Positions 10,230 through 20,165 of a DNA stretch of 64,000 bases are shown piece after piece (within the stretch, counting starts at the first letter, position 1; the number at the start of each line of letters is the position of its first letter). Below the pieces are notes generated by a model. It did no database searches. It was not told where the DNA came from and saw only the letters and a program-made list of their open reading frames with translations. A program made the position numbers and the translations under genes. The DNA is from Caulobacter sp. (lineage in GTDB: Bacteria; Pseudomonadota; Alphaproteobacteria; Caulobacterales; Caulobacteraceae): positions 383,115 through 447,114 of the forward strand of contig JASJPM010000007.1 of the NCBI GenBank assembly GCA_031426695.1. Direction: 5' to 3'.

Positions 10230-10880
10230 ATGCCCGAGGTTGTTCTGACCGGCGCGGCCGGACGGATCGAAGGTCGCTACTCCCCCGGCAAGCGTGAGAA
10301 CGCGCCGATCGCCCTGATCCTGCACCCGCACCCCCGCGCGGGCGGGCACATGAACCATCCGGTGTCGGTGCAACTGTACCACCTGTTCATGAAGCGCGGC
10401 TTCTCGGTGCTGCGCTTCAACTTCCGCGGCGTGGGCCGCAGCCAGGGCGAGTTCGACGCCGGCATCGGCGAGCTGGCCGACGCGGCGACCGCGCTGGACT
10501 GGCTGCAGGCGACCAACCCGCAGGCCAGCCAGTTCTGGGTCGCCGGCTACAGCTTCGGCGCCTACATCGGCATGCAGCTGCTGATGCGCCGGCCGGAGAC
10601 CGACGGCTTCATCAGCGTCTCGCCCCCGACCAACATGTACGACTTCAGCTTCCTGGCCCCCTGCCCGGCCTCGGGCCTGATCCTGCATGGCCAGGCCGAC
10701 ACCATCGTGCCGCCGGTCGAGGTGGAGCGGGTCGTCTCCAAGCTGCGCACCCAGAAGGGCATCGTCATCGACTACGAACTGGTCGAGGGCGCCAACCACT
10801 TCTGGGCCGAGAAGCTGTCCGCCGTCGAAGGCCATGTCGGCGACTACCTCGACAAGCGCCTGGAAGCCGACCCGGCCTGA
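10230..10880 (+). CDS. Alpha/beta hydrolase (conserved divergent neighbour of iscR)
   Basis: LHPHP..GG.M, FNFRGVGRSQG, nucleophile elbow GYSFG, GANHF. Confidence 0.88.
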   Translation: MPEVVLTGAAGRIEGRYSPGKRENAPIALILHPHPRAGGHMNHPVSVQLYHLFMKRGFSVLRFNFRGVGRSQGEFDAGIGELADAATALDWLQATNPQASQFWVAGYSFGAYIGMQLLMRRPETDGFISVSPPTNMYDFSFLAPCPASGLILHGQADTIVPPVEVERVVSKLRTQKGIVIDYELVEGANHFWAEKLSAVEGHVGDYLDKRLEADPA

Positions 10881-10914
10881 TCGTCCGAAGATCTGATCCG
10901 TAGAAAGTAGAGCC

Positions 10915-11448
10915 ATGCGTCTGGAAGCAGTACCCGTCGGCGCCAACGCGCCGCACGAGGTCAATGTCGTGATCGAGGTCCCGATCGGCGGCGAGCCCAT
11001 CAAGTACGAGATGCACAAGGAGTCGGGGGCCCTGATGGTCGACCGGTTCCTGTACACGGCGATGCGCTACCCCGGGAACTACGGCTTCATCCCGCACACC
11101 CTGTCGGACGATGGCGACCCCTGCGACGTCATCGTGGCCAACACCCGCGCCATCGTGCCGGGCGCGATCATGAGCTGCCGCATCGTCGGGGTGATGATCA
11201 TGGAGGACGAGGCCGGCGGCGACGAGAAGCTGATCGCCGTGCCGTCCAGCAAGCTGACCAAACGCTACGAGACCGTCCAGAACTACACCGATCTGCCGCA
11301 GATCACGCTCGACCAGATCGAGCACTTCTTCGCCCACTACAAGGATCTGGAGCCCGGCAAGTGGGTCAAGATCGTCCGCTGGGGCGACGCGGCGGAAGCC
11401 CAGCAGATGGTCATGGACGGCATCGAACGGGCGAAGGCGGCGAAGTAG
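10915..11448 (+). CDS. ppa: Inorganic pyrophosphatase, family I
   Basis: [46 protein letters not shown]. Confidence 0.96.
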   Translation: MRLEAVPVGANAPHEVNVVIEVPIGGEPIKYEMHKESGALMVDRFLYTAMRYPGNYGFIPHTLSDDGDPCDVIVANTRAIVPGAIMSCRIVGVMIMEDEAGGDEKLIAVPSSKLTKRYETVQNYTDLPQITLDQIEHFFAHYKDLEPGKWVKIVRWGDAAEAQQMVMDGIERAKAAK

Positions 11449-11450
11449 CC

Positions 11451-11651
11451 GTGCCCGCGTCGGTCACTTTCGGCATCCTGCTGGTCGTGGCGGGGGTGAT
11501 CATCGCCAAGACGGCCGCGTGGGGCCTGTTCCAGCGCAAGGTGATGAAACAGGGCGACGGGTTTCTCGCGCGTCGGGCCGGCGCCCTGTTCCTGGTAGCG
11601 GCCGCGACCGTCGCGGCGGCCGTCTGGATGCTTGTCGCGCGCCCGTTCTGA
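11451..11651 (+). CDS. Hypothetical small two-TM protein (66 aa)
   Basis: GTG lies 2 nt after the ppa stop; two hydrophobic helices flank a basic loop. Confidence 0.5.
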   Translation: MPASVTFGILLVVAGVIIAKTAAWGLFQRKVMKQGDGFLARRAGALFLVAAATVAAAVWMLVARPF

Positions 11652-11657
11652 CGCGGC

Positions 11658-12200
11658 TCAGGCCCCCAGCAAGGCCCCGATCTTCAGCACCGTGTTCCAG
11701 TTGCGTCCCGTGGCCACCGCCTTCACCGCCTTGCGGTTCAGCACCTCGGCCGCCTTCGACTGGCCCATGCCCTCGCCGAAATACGCATAGACCTGCCGCT
11801 CGACGGCCGCGAGCTTCTCGTGCGGCAGAAGCACGGCGCGGACGGCGTCGAGCGCCTCGCCCGGCATGGCGGCGCGGCCGACGGTGAGCAGGGTGCGCGA
11901 AGGTTCGGCCTGCGCTTCCTTCGGGAACGGGCAGGCGTCGGTGATCGCGCGCCACTGGCTCGCGTCGCGGACCAGGTAGCTGGTCTTCAGACCCAGCCGC
12001 TTTTCGGTCTCGGCTTCCAGATGCGCCTCCAGCGCCGCCTCGGCCTCGCCGCCGGCCCGGAACACGACGTTGCCGCTCTGCAGCAGGGTCTTCACATCGG
12101 TGAAGCCGAGCGCCTCGACCATGGCCTTCAGGTCGGCCATCGCGATCTTCCTATTCCCGCCGACGTTGACGCCGCGCAGCAGGGCGATGCGCATCGGCAT
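11658..12200 (-). CDS. DUF1697 family protein
   Basis: IALLRGVNVGG, KTLLQSGNVVF, TGRNWNTV. Confidence 0.88.
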   Translation of the reverse strand: MPMRIALLRGVNVGGNRKIAMADLKAMVEALGFTDVKTLLQSGNVVFRAGGEAEAALEAHLEAETEKRLGLKTSYLVRDASQWRAITDACPFPKEAQAEPSRTLLTVGRAAMPGEALDAVRAVLLPHEKLAAVERQVYAYFGEGMGQSKAAEVLNRKAVKAVATGRNWNTVLKIGALLGA

Positions 12201-12201
12201 T

Positions 12202-13404
12202 TCAGTAGATCAGGAACGGCCGGCGGGACTCTTCCCACGCCGCCTCGTCCGGCGTGGTGATCGCGTCCAGGTCGCCCGGCGCCGCTTCGCTGTCGTCGAC
12301 CCATTCGCGCAGGCCGGGGCCGCCGTTGATAACATCGATGGCCAGCTTGTCGAACACGTACTCGTAAGGGAAGTCGCGCCACAGGTCGTAGTCGGGCCAG
12401 AGCTTTCGGATCGCCTTGAAGCCCAGCGCCTGCACCCGCCAGGGCTTGAACGCCGTGTGGTCGTAGCTCGGATCCTCGACGTGGACTTGCACGCCGTTGT
12501 TCAGCACCCCGACATGCTTGTGGAAGGTCGGCTGGAACCAGATGTCGCGCAGGCGGCATCCGTTCAGCCACTGCGGGGCCAGCAACCGCATGGTGTCGAT
12601 CACCTTGCGGGCGTTGATGTCCGGCGCGCCGAACAGCTCCAGCGGCCGGGTGGTGCCGCGGCCTTCGCTCAGCGTCGTGCCCTCCAGCATCACCGTGCCG
12701 GCGTAGGCGCGGGCCATCGACAGGTTGGGAGCGTTGGGGCTGGGGTTGATCCAGGCCCGCTCGCCCAGCGGCCAGCCGAAGCCGGGCCCGGCGGCAGGGT
12801 CGTAACCCTCCATCTCGATGACCCGGTACTCGACGTCGAGTTTGTAGTGGTCGATGAACCAGCGGCCGAGTTCGCCCAGGGTCAGGCCATGGCGCATCGG
12901 CATCGGTCCGGCGCCGACGAAGCTTTCCCAGCCCGGCAGCAGGGTCAGCCCCTCGACCGGCCGGCCGGCGGGGTTGGGGCGGTCCAGAACCCAGACTTCC
13001 TTGCCGTGCTCGGCGGCCGCTTCCAGCACATAGAGCAGCGTGGTGATGAAGGTGTAGATGCGGCAGCCCAGGTCCTGCATGTCGACCAACAGCACATCGA
13101 ACGTGCCCATCGCCTGGCCGGTCGGTCGCCGCGTCTCGCCGTAGAGGCTGAACACCGGGAACCCATGGACCGGGTCGGTGAAGTCCGGCGACTCCATCAT
13201 GTTGTCCTGCAGATCGCCGCGCATGCCGTGCTGCGGCCCGAAGGCGGCGCTGACGGTGATGTCCGGGCAGGCGATCAGCGCGTCGATCGAGTGGGTCAGG
13301 TCGGCCGTCACCGAGGCCGGATGGGCCAGCAGCGCCACGCGCTTGCCGGCCAGCGCCTTGCGCAGCTCGGGCTCGGAGATCAGGCGGTCGATGCCGAACT
13401 TCAT
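12202..13404 (-). CDS. DUF1343 / NamZ-like exo-beta-N-acetylmuramidase
   Basis: FGPQHGMRG, DMQDLGCRIYTF, LDRPNP, WINPSPN, EGRGTTRP. Confidence 0.88.
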   Translation of the reverse strand: MKFGIDRLISEPELRKALAGKRVALLAHPASVTADLTHSIDALIACPDITVSAAFGPQHGMRGDLQDNMMESPDFTDPVHGFPVFSLYGETRRPTGQAMGTFDVLLVDMQDLGCRIYTFITTLLYVLEAAAEHGKEVWVLDRPNPAGRPVEGLTLLPGWESFVGAGPMPMRHGLTLGELGRWFIDHYKLDVEYRVIEMEGYDPAAGPGFGWPLGERAWINPSPNAPNLSMARAYAGTVMLEGTTLSEGRGTTRPLELFGAPDINARKVIDTMRLLAPQWLNGCRLRDIWFQPTFHKHVGVLNNGVQVHVEDPSYDHTAFKPWRVQALGFKAIRKLWPDYDLWRDFPYEYVFDKLAIDVINGGPGLREWVDDSEAAPGDLDAITTPDEAAWEESRRPFLIY

Positions 13405-13949
13405 GCGGACTCCAGCGGCGGCAGGTCGAGCGCGAACGCGTCGGGATGGTGGAAGTCAGGCTTACCCGGCGCATGGGCCAGCGCCCAGTAGGACTTGGCC
13501 CCGGAGGCCTCCTCGATGACGGCGGAGAGGCCGAGGCGCCAGGGTCGGTCCACAGGCAGGCCCAGGCGGTCGAGGTCCAGCGTCGCGGCCAGGGTGAAGG
13601 TCTTACCGTCACCGCCGCGCGCCAGGTCGCGCAGCTCCACACCCGCGTGCGGCTCCATCCCCAGCCGGTACCCCGAGAAGCCATAGGCCGCCCATTGCCC
13701 GGAGGGCGACAGGTTGAACTCGTGGTAACCGCCCCGTCCGTCGGCGATGAAGGCCTCGAAGCAGGTGGAGCGCCAAAGCTCGTCGGCGCGGGACCGGCGC
13801 ACCCAGGCGGGAAGAACCAGCCGGCCGATGTCGCCCGTCCCCTCGAAGCGCAGCGCTAAACCCTGAGGCCGAGGGCGCGTGACCTCAACCTCGATCCGGT
13901 CGAGCGCCTCGCACGGCGTGTCGGGGTGTGGCGTCAGGCGCACGGTCAT
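13401..13949 (-). CDS. DOMON-like domain protein
   Basis: LWRSTCFEAF, YHEFNLSPSGQWAAYGFSGYR, YWALAH..GKPDFHHPDAF. Start ATG 13949. Confidence 0.8.
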   Translation of the reverse strand: MTVRLTPHPDTPCEALDRIEVEVTRPRPQGLALRFEGTGDIGRLVLPAWVRRSRADELWRSTCFEAFIADGRGGYHEFNLSPSGQWAAYGFSGYRLGMEPHAGVELRDLARGGDGKTFTLAATLDLDRLGLPVDRPWRLGLSAVIEEASGAKSYWALAHAPGKPDFHHPDAFALDLPPLESA

Positions 13950-14006
13950 GACCCCTTCGATAGCGGCCGGTTGACGCCGGTCAACCGTGCAGGCATCTGA
14001 CCGCCC

Positions 14007-14057
14007 ATGATCGCCAAGGCCGCCCTCGCCGCCCTCTATTACGCCCGCTCGTTCTGA
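14007..14057 (+). CDS. Candidate leader peptide [16 protein letters not shown] upstream of tyrS
   Basis: ATG14007...TAT TAC...TGA14057. TTGACG at 13971-13976 is spaced so that the start site would fall at or next to the ATG; a hairpin covers the stop codon. Confidence 0.45.
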   Translation: MIAKAALAALYYARSF

Positions 14058-14166
14058 CGAGCGGCGTTGCGATCGCATGCCGCCCACCTTCCGGCGGCAT
14101 GTGACTCATCTGATCCAGCACACGGCCGCCGGTCCCCTTTCAGGAGACCTGACGATGCTGTTGACC

Positions 14167-14196
14167 TTGAACCCCTCCCCGCCCGGCATGCTAGAG
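14167..14196 (+). promoter_or_regulatory. Candidate proximal sigma70 promoter of tyrS
   Basis: TTGAAC-17 nt-GCTAGAG, followed by the RBS AAGGAGA (14207-14213). Confidence 0.5.
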
Positions 14197-14223
14197 CCGT
14201 CCGCGCAAGGAGACTCCGTACCG

Positions 14224-15480
14224 ATGACCGCCGACGCCGCCTTCAAGTCCACCTTCCTGCGCACGCTCCGGGACCGGGGATTCATCCACCAGATCACCCA
14301 TCCGGATGAGCTGGACGAGGCCTGCGCGACGGGGACCATCGCCGCCTACATCGGCTTTGACGCCACCGCGCCAAGCCTGCACGTCGGCAGCCTGATCCAG
14401 ATCATGATGCTGCGCCGCCTGCAGCAAGCCGGCCACAAGCCGATCGTCCTGATGGGCGGCGGCACCACCAAGGTCGGCGATCCCACCGGCAAGGACGAGT
14501 CGCGCAAGCTGCTCAGCGAAGCCGACATCCAGGCCAACATCGCCTCGATCAAGACGGTGTTCGCCAAGTTCCTGACCTTCGGCGACGGGCCCACCGACGC
14601 GGTCATGGTCGACAACGACGAATGGCTGAGCAAGTTCGGCTACGTCCAGTTCCTGCGCGACTACGGTGTGCACTTCACGGTCAACCGCATGCTGGCCTTC
14701 GACTCGGTCAAGCAGCGGCTCGAGCGCGAACAGCCGATGACCTTCCTCGAGTTCAACTACATGCTGATGCAGTCGGTGGACTTCCTGGAGCTGTCGCGGT
14801 CGCGCAGCTGCCTGCTGCAGATGGGCGGGTCCGACCAGTGGGGCAACATCCTGAACGGGGTGGAGCTGATCCGCCGCGTCGATCACAAGCCGGCCTTCGG
14901 CCTGACGACCCCGCTGCTGTCGACCGCCTCCGGCGCCAAGATGGGCAAGACGGCCCAGGGCGCGGTGTGGCTGAACGCCGACATGCGGTCGCCGTACGAC
15001 TACTGGCAGTTCTGGCGCAACGCCGAGGACGCCGACGTCGGCCGCTTCCTGAAGCTGTTCACCGACATGCCGCTGGACGACGTGGCGCGCTACGAGGCGA
15101 TGCAGGGCGCGGCGATCAACGAGGCCAAGAAGGCCCTGGCCGACGCGGCCACCACCATGCTGCACGGCGCCGAAGCGGCGAAGGCCGCGCGGGACGCCGC
15201 GGAGAAGGCCTTCGAGCAGGGGGCGCTTTCGGCCGACCTGCCGACGGTCGAACTGCCGGCGACATCGGTGCTGGGGGCGACCCTGGCGGCGGTGGCCGTG
15301 GACGCCGGTCTCTGCGCCTCGCGCGGTGAGGCCCGGCGCCTCGCCCAAGGCGGCGGCCTGCGCCTCAACGACGTGCAGGAGGCCAACGGCGACCGCGTGC
15401 TGGCTGAGGGCGATGTCGTGGACGGCGTGATCAAGCTGAGCCAGGGCAAGAAGAAGATCGTGCTGGTCAGGCCGGTCTGA
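14224..15480 (+). CDS. tyrS: Tyrosine--tRNA ligase
   Basis: [15 protein letters not shown] (HIGH), [16 protein letters not shown] (KMSKS) and a C-terminal S4-like domain. Confidence 0.97.
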   Translation: MTADAAFKSTFLRTLRDRGFIHQITHPDELDEACATGTIAAYIGFDATAPSLHVGSLIQIMMLRRLQQAGHKPIVLMGGGTTKVGDPTGKDESRKLLSEADIQANIASIKTVFAKFLTFGDGPTDAVMVDNDEWLSKFGYVQFLRDYGVHFTVNRMLAFDSVKQRLEREQPMTFLEFNYMLMQSVDFLELSRSRSCLLQMGGSDQWGNILNGVELIRRVDHKPAFGLTTPLLSTASGAKMGKTAQGAVWLNADMRSPYDYWQFWRNAEDADVGRFLKLFTDMPLDDVARYEAMQGAAINEAKKALADAATTMLHGAEAAKAARDAAEKAFEQGALSADLPTVELPATSVLGATLAAVAVDAGLCASRGEARRLAQGGGLRLNDVQEANGDRVLAEGDVVDGVIKLSQGKKKIVLVRPV

Positions 15481-15490
15481 GCAACCCCGC

Positions 15491-15582
15491 TGTCATCCCG
15501 GACGCCCGAAGGGCGATCCGGGACCCGGGCGGCGGCGTATCGATGCTGGGTCCCGGCCCCCCTTCGGGTGACCGGGATGACA
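15491..15582. repeat. Family D palindromic repeat (TGTCATCCCGG...CCGGGATGACA)
   Basis: 11-bp terminal inverted repeat, internal GGGACCC/GGGTCCC arms and tetraloop hairpins, between tyrS and bcp. Confidence 0.75.
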
Positions 15583-15601
15583 ACGGATTGTGGAGACCAC
15601 G

Positions 15602-16063
15602 ATGCTGAACGAAGGCGACAAGGCCCCTGAATTCGACCTGCCGACCGACAGCGGGCGGGTGTCGCTGGCGGCTCTGAAGGGCAAGACCGTGGTCCTGTTC
15701 TTCTATCCGAAGGACGACACCCCAGGCTGCACCACCGAATCCGTCGGCTTTTCGCAGGCCAGGGCGGACTTCGAGGCGGCCGGCGCCGTGGTGGTCGGCG
15801 TCTCCAAGGACACCGCCGCCAAGCACGGGAAATTCCGCGCCAAGCATGGCCTGACCGTCGAGCTGGGCTCCGACGCCGACAGCGACGTGATCGAGCGCTA
15901 CGGCGCCTGGGTCGAGAAGAAGCTCTATGGCCGCGAGTATATGGGCATCGACCGTTCGACCTTCCTGATCGACGGCGAAGGCTTGATCCGCCGCGTCTGG
16001 CGCAAGGTGAAGGTGCCGGGCCATGTCCAGCAGGTGCTCGAGGCCGCCCAGGCGTTAAGGTAA
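15602..16063 (+). CDS. bcp: Peroxiredoxin Bcp/PrxQ
   Basis: FFYPKDDTPGCT, GVSKD, RSTFLID. Start is 15602 or 15590. Confidence 0.92.
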   Translation: MLNEGDKAPEFDLPTDSGRVSLAALKGKTVVLFFYPKDDTPGCTTESVGFSQARADFEAAGAVVVGVSKDTAAKHGKFRAKHGLTVELGSDADSDVIERYGAWVEKKLYGREYMGIDRSTFLIDGEGLIRRVWRKVKVPGHVQQVLEAAQALR

Positions 16064-16330
16064 AGCGTCGGCGACGTCATTCCGCCGCGGAGCGAGTAGT
16101 GACCGAAGAGTAACCCCGACTGTTGCCTAAAGGCCGCGCCCGGCTCTGAATAATCGCCGCAGGCGAGCGAAGGTGACGCTTCCTGTGGCGGAAGTCATCC
16201 GATGTGGTTAACCCTCGATCTGTAGAGCTTGGAATCAAGGCATCGTGCACACCTGTGGCGCGAAGCCCCTTGCGCGTTTCCCGATCTTCACGGCATATCG
16301 CCGAAACCGAAAAAATCGGGTTCGGGGGCT

Positions 16331-17482
16331 ATGGCTGTAACGCGCGTACGGCGACTTCGACGGGTTCTGGAAGAGCTCTTCCCGGAAAGGCATCTCTACA
16401 TCCGCTCGGGTGGCGAGATGCGCGGCTTCGTCCTCTCGACGGGCAAGCAGATGATGGGGGCCGGCCTGATCGCCGCCGCCGCCTTGTGGATGGGCGTCTC
16501 CACCGCCGCCATGATGGTCAGCGCGCTGTCGGTCAGCGCCGCCGACCAGGAACTGATCAAGCAGCAGCGCTACTGGGAGCGGATCACCGCCGACCGCCAG
16601 GCGCGCCTCAACAGCGCCATCGCCCAGCTGTCGACCACCAACGGCTCGTTCGACGAGTTGGCCGGCTCGGTGGAAAGCCGCCACGCGGCGCTGGCCGAGC
16701 TGCTCAAGGAGTTCAAGGGCGCGCCCGGCGCCCAGGCCGCCCTGGCCCCGGCCAAGCCGCGCCTGAACGCCACCACCCCGGTGCAGCGCATCCAGAACAC
16801 CCTGATCGACCAGGAGCGCATGATCGACGCCGCCGAGGGCTATGCCCGCAGCCGCGCCGAACGCCTGCGCCTGGCCTTCCGCCTCGCCGGTCTCGACCCG
16901 ACCAGCTATCGCGGACGCGGCGGCGCGCTCGGCGGCCCGCTGATCGAGGCCAAGGATCCGCGCGCCCTGGCCGTCGTGCTGGATGTGGACGAAAGCTTCG
17001 CCCTGCGCATCCAGCGCGCGGCCAACAACATGTCCGACATGCGGGTGCTGGCCGAGGCCGCCAAGCGCCTGCCCTTCTACCGCCCGACCAGCGCCGCGGC
17101 GCAGACGTCCAGCTACGGCGTGCGGCTCGACCCCTTCACCCGCCGTCCGGCGTTCCATTCCGGGCTCGACTTCGCCGGCCCCAACTTCACGCCCATCTAC
17201 GCCACCGCGCCGGGCGTCGTGTCCTTCGCCGGCGTCCGCTCGGGCTACGGCAACACCGTGGAGATCGACCACGGCAACGGTTTCAAGACCCGATACGCTC
17301 ACCTTGCCGGCTTCAGCGTGTCCGTGGGTCAGCGCGTGGCGGTTGGCCAGCGTATTGCATCGATGGGTTCGACTGGCCGTTCGACTGGCCCACATTTGCA
17401 CTACGAAGTGTGGGTCAACGGCCGAGCTCAGAACCCGAACCGTTTCTTGAAGGCCGGCGAATATGTTCAGCAAACCGACTAA
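16331..17482 (+). CDS. M23 family metallopeptidase with N-terminal TM and coiled coil (LdpA/LmdC-like)
   Basis: FPERHLYIRS, one TM, HSGLDFAG (HxxxD), STGPHLHYEV (HxH); lies directly upstream of the bactofilin. Confidence 0.9.
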   Translation: MAVTRVRRLRRVLEELFPERHLYIRSGGEMRGFVLSTGKQMMGAGLIAAAALWMGVSTAAMMVSALSVSAADQELIKQQRYWERITADRQARLNSAIAQLSTTNGSFDELAGSVESRHAALAELLKEFKGAPGAQAALAPAKPRLNATTPVQRIQNTLIDQERMIDAAEGYARSRAERLRLAFRLAGLDPTSYRGRGGALGGPLIEAKDPRALAVVLDVDESFALRIQRAANNMSDMRVLAEAAKRLPFYRPTSAAAQTSSYGVRLDPFTRRPAFHSGLDFAGPNFTPIYATAPGVVSFAGVRSGYGNTVEIDHGNGFKTRYAHLAGFSVSVGQRVAVGQRIASMGSTGRSTGPHLHYEVWVNGRAQNPNRFLKAGEYVQQTD

Positions 17483-17975
17483 GCACCCGTCCAAGACTCC
17501 CGTGCAGGCGACCCCCGTGGCCGCCGCGCCGGCCCCTGTCGCGCCCGAGGGCCCCAAGGCCCGTCCGCGCGTCGCATCCCTTATCAGCGACGGGATTACC
17601 ATCGAAGGCGGGGTCACCGGCGACGGTGAACTGCAGATCGACGGCACCGTCCGCGGCGACGTCCGCGTCGGTCGTCTGACCGTCGGCGACACCGGCCACA
17701 TCGAGGGCTCGGTCTACGCCGAGGCCGCCGAGGTCCGGGGCCGCGTCATCGGCTCGGTCACCGCCAAGCAGGTGCGTCTTTATGGGACATCCTACGTCGA
17801 CGGCGACATCACCCACGAGCAGCTGGCGATGGAAACCGGCGCCTTCTTCCAGGGCCGCAGCCTGAAGTTCCAGCGCCCGGCCGCCCCGCAGCACGCCCCG
17901 GCGCCGCAGCCGGTGTCGACCGCGCCCTCGGCGCCCAGCGACCCCTTCGCCGCGCCGCCCAAGCCGCACGGCTAG
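17463..17975 (+). CDS. bacA: Bactofilin (BacA-like polymer-forming cytoskeletal protein)
   Basis: SLISDGITIEGGV...LQIDGTVRGDV...GDITHEQLAMETGAFFQG beta-helix with Pro-rich termini. Confidence 0.85.
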   Translation: MFSKPTKHPSKTPVQATPVAAAPAPVAPEGPKARPRVASLISDGITIEGGVTGDGELQIDGTVRGDVRVGRLTVGDTGHIEGSVYAEAAEVRGRVIGSVTAKQVRLYGTSYVDGDITHEQLAMETGAFFQGRSLKFQRPAAPQHAPAPQPVSTAPSAPSDPFAAPPKPHG

Positions 17976-18093
17976 ATCTTCGACGACTCCTCATCGTCCG
18001 AAAACCGTGCGGGGGCATGGGCGGCGACGCCCGTGCCCCCGTTGCGTTGGGGGACATGCACTTCAGAGCGTGTCCCCATCAGCTTCGACGCCC

Positions 18094-18139
18094 TGCGTCC
18101 TTCGCGACGCGCCCCTGCGGGGCGCTCCTCAGGATGACG
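18094..18139. repeat. Family A palindromic repeat, single arm
   Basis: TGCGTCCTTCGCGACGC...GCTCCTCAGGATGACG. Confidence 0.85.
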
Positions 18140-18146
18140 AAGGTTG

Positions 18147-18221
18147 AAAAGGGGGACAGTCACTCATTTCCGACGGCGGAAGCGAAGGCGTGCACGGGAA
18201 ATGAGTGACTGTCCCCCTTTT
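18147..18221. repeat. 25-bp perfect inverted repeat with GGGGACAG/CTGTCCCC ends (family B)
   Basis: AAAAGGGGGACAGTCACTCATTTCC (18147-18171) is the reverse complement of 18197-18221. Confidence 0.85.
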
Positions 18222-18349
18222 AGCCCGGTGCTTGGACTCCTTGCGCGGACAAGGATGAAGGCGAACTCGCAGGCTCATCACTGATCGCCTGCGTGTCCCT
18301 CTCCACCATGCTTCGCATGGTCCCCCTCTCCCAACAGGGAGAGGATAGA

Positions 18350-19882
<1,533 letters not shown>

Positions 19883-20025
19883 GCCGTCGTCCCCCTTACA
19901 AGGTCTGGCACGGGTTAAAGCCGTGACGGGGGCATGACAAGGCGTTGATTTGCCTGACGCAGCGGGAGGCGATCGCCAGAGCCCGCCGACGTCGGCGCGG
20001 TGGACAACGGCCTGCGCCATTGATT

Positions 20026-20133
20026 CTCCCCTCTGGGGGAGGTGGCTCGCCGAAGGCGAGACGGAGGGGGTCCTCTAACGGCTCAAGGCCCCCTCAGTCA
20101 GCCCTTCGGGCCGACAGCTCCCCCAGAGGGGAG
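20026..20133. repeat. Family C 108-bp palindromic element
   Basis: 16-bp perfect terminal inverted repeat CTCCCCTCTGGGGGAG / CTCCCCCAGAGGGGAG, with an internal hairpin in each arm. An architecturally similar half copy lies at 18297-18345. Confidence 0.8.
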
Positions 20134-20165
20134 CATCGAGGCCGCGCCGACCTGCGCCCATGGTC

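Noticed and set aside
13950-14223. T-box riboswitch upstream of tyrS
   Set aside because: There is no T-box bulge (UGGNACC), stem I motifs or U-tract terminator, and T-boxes are not typical of this lineage.
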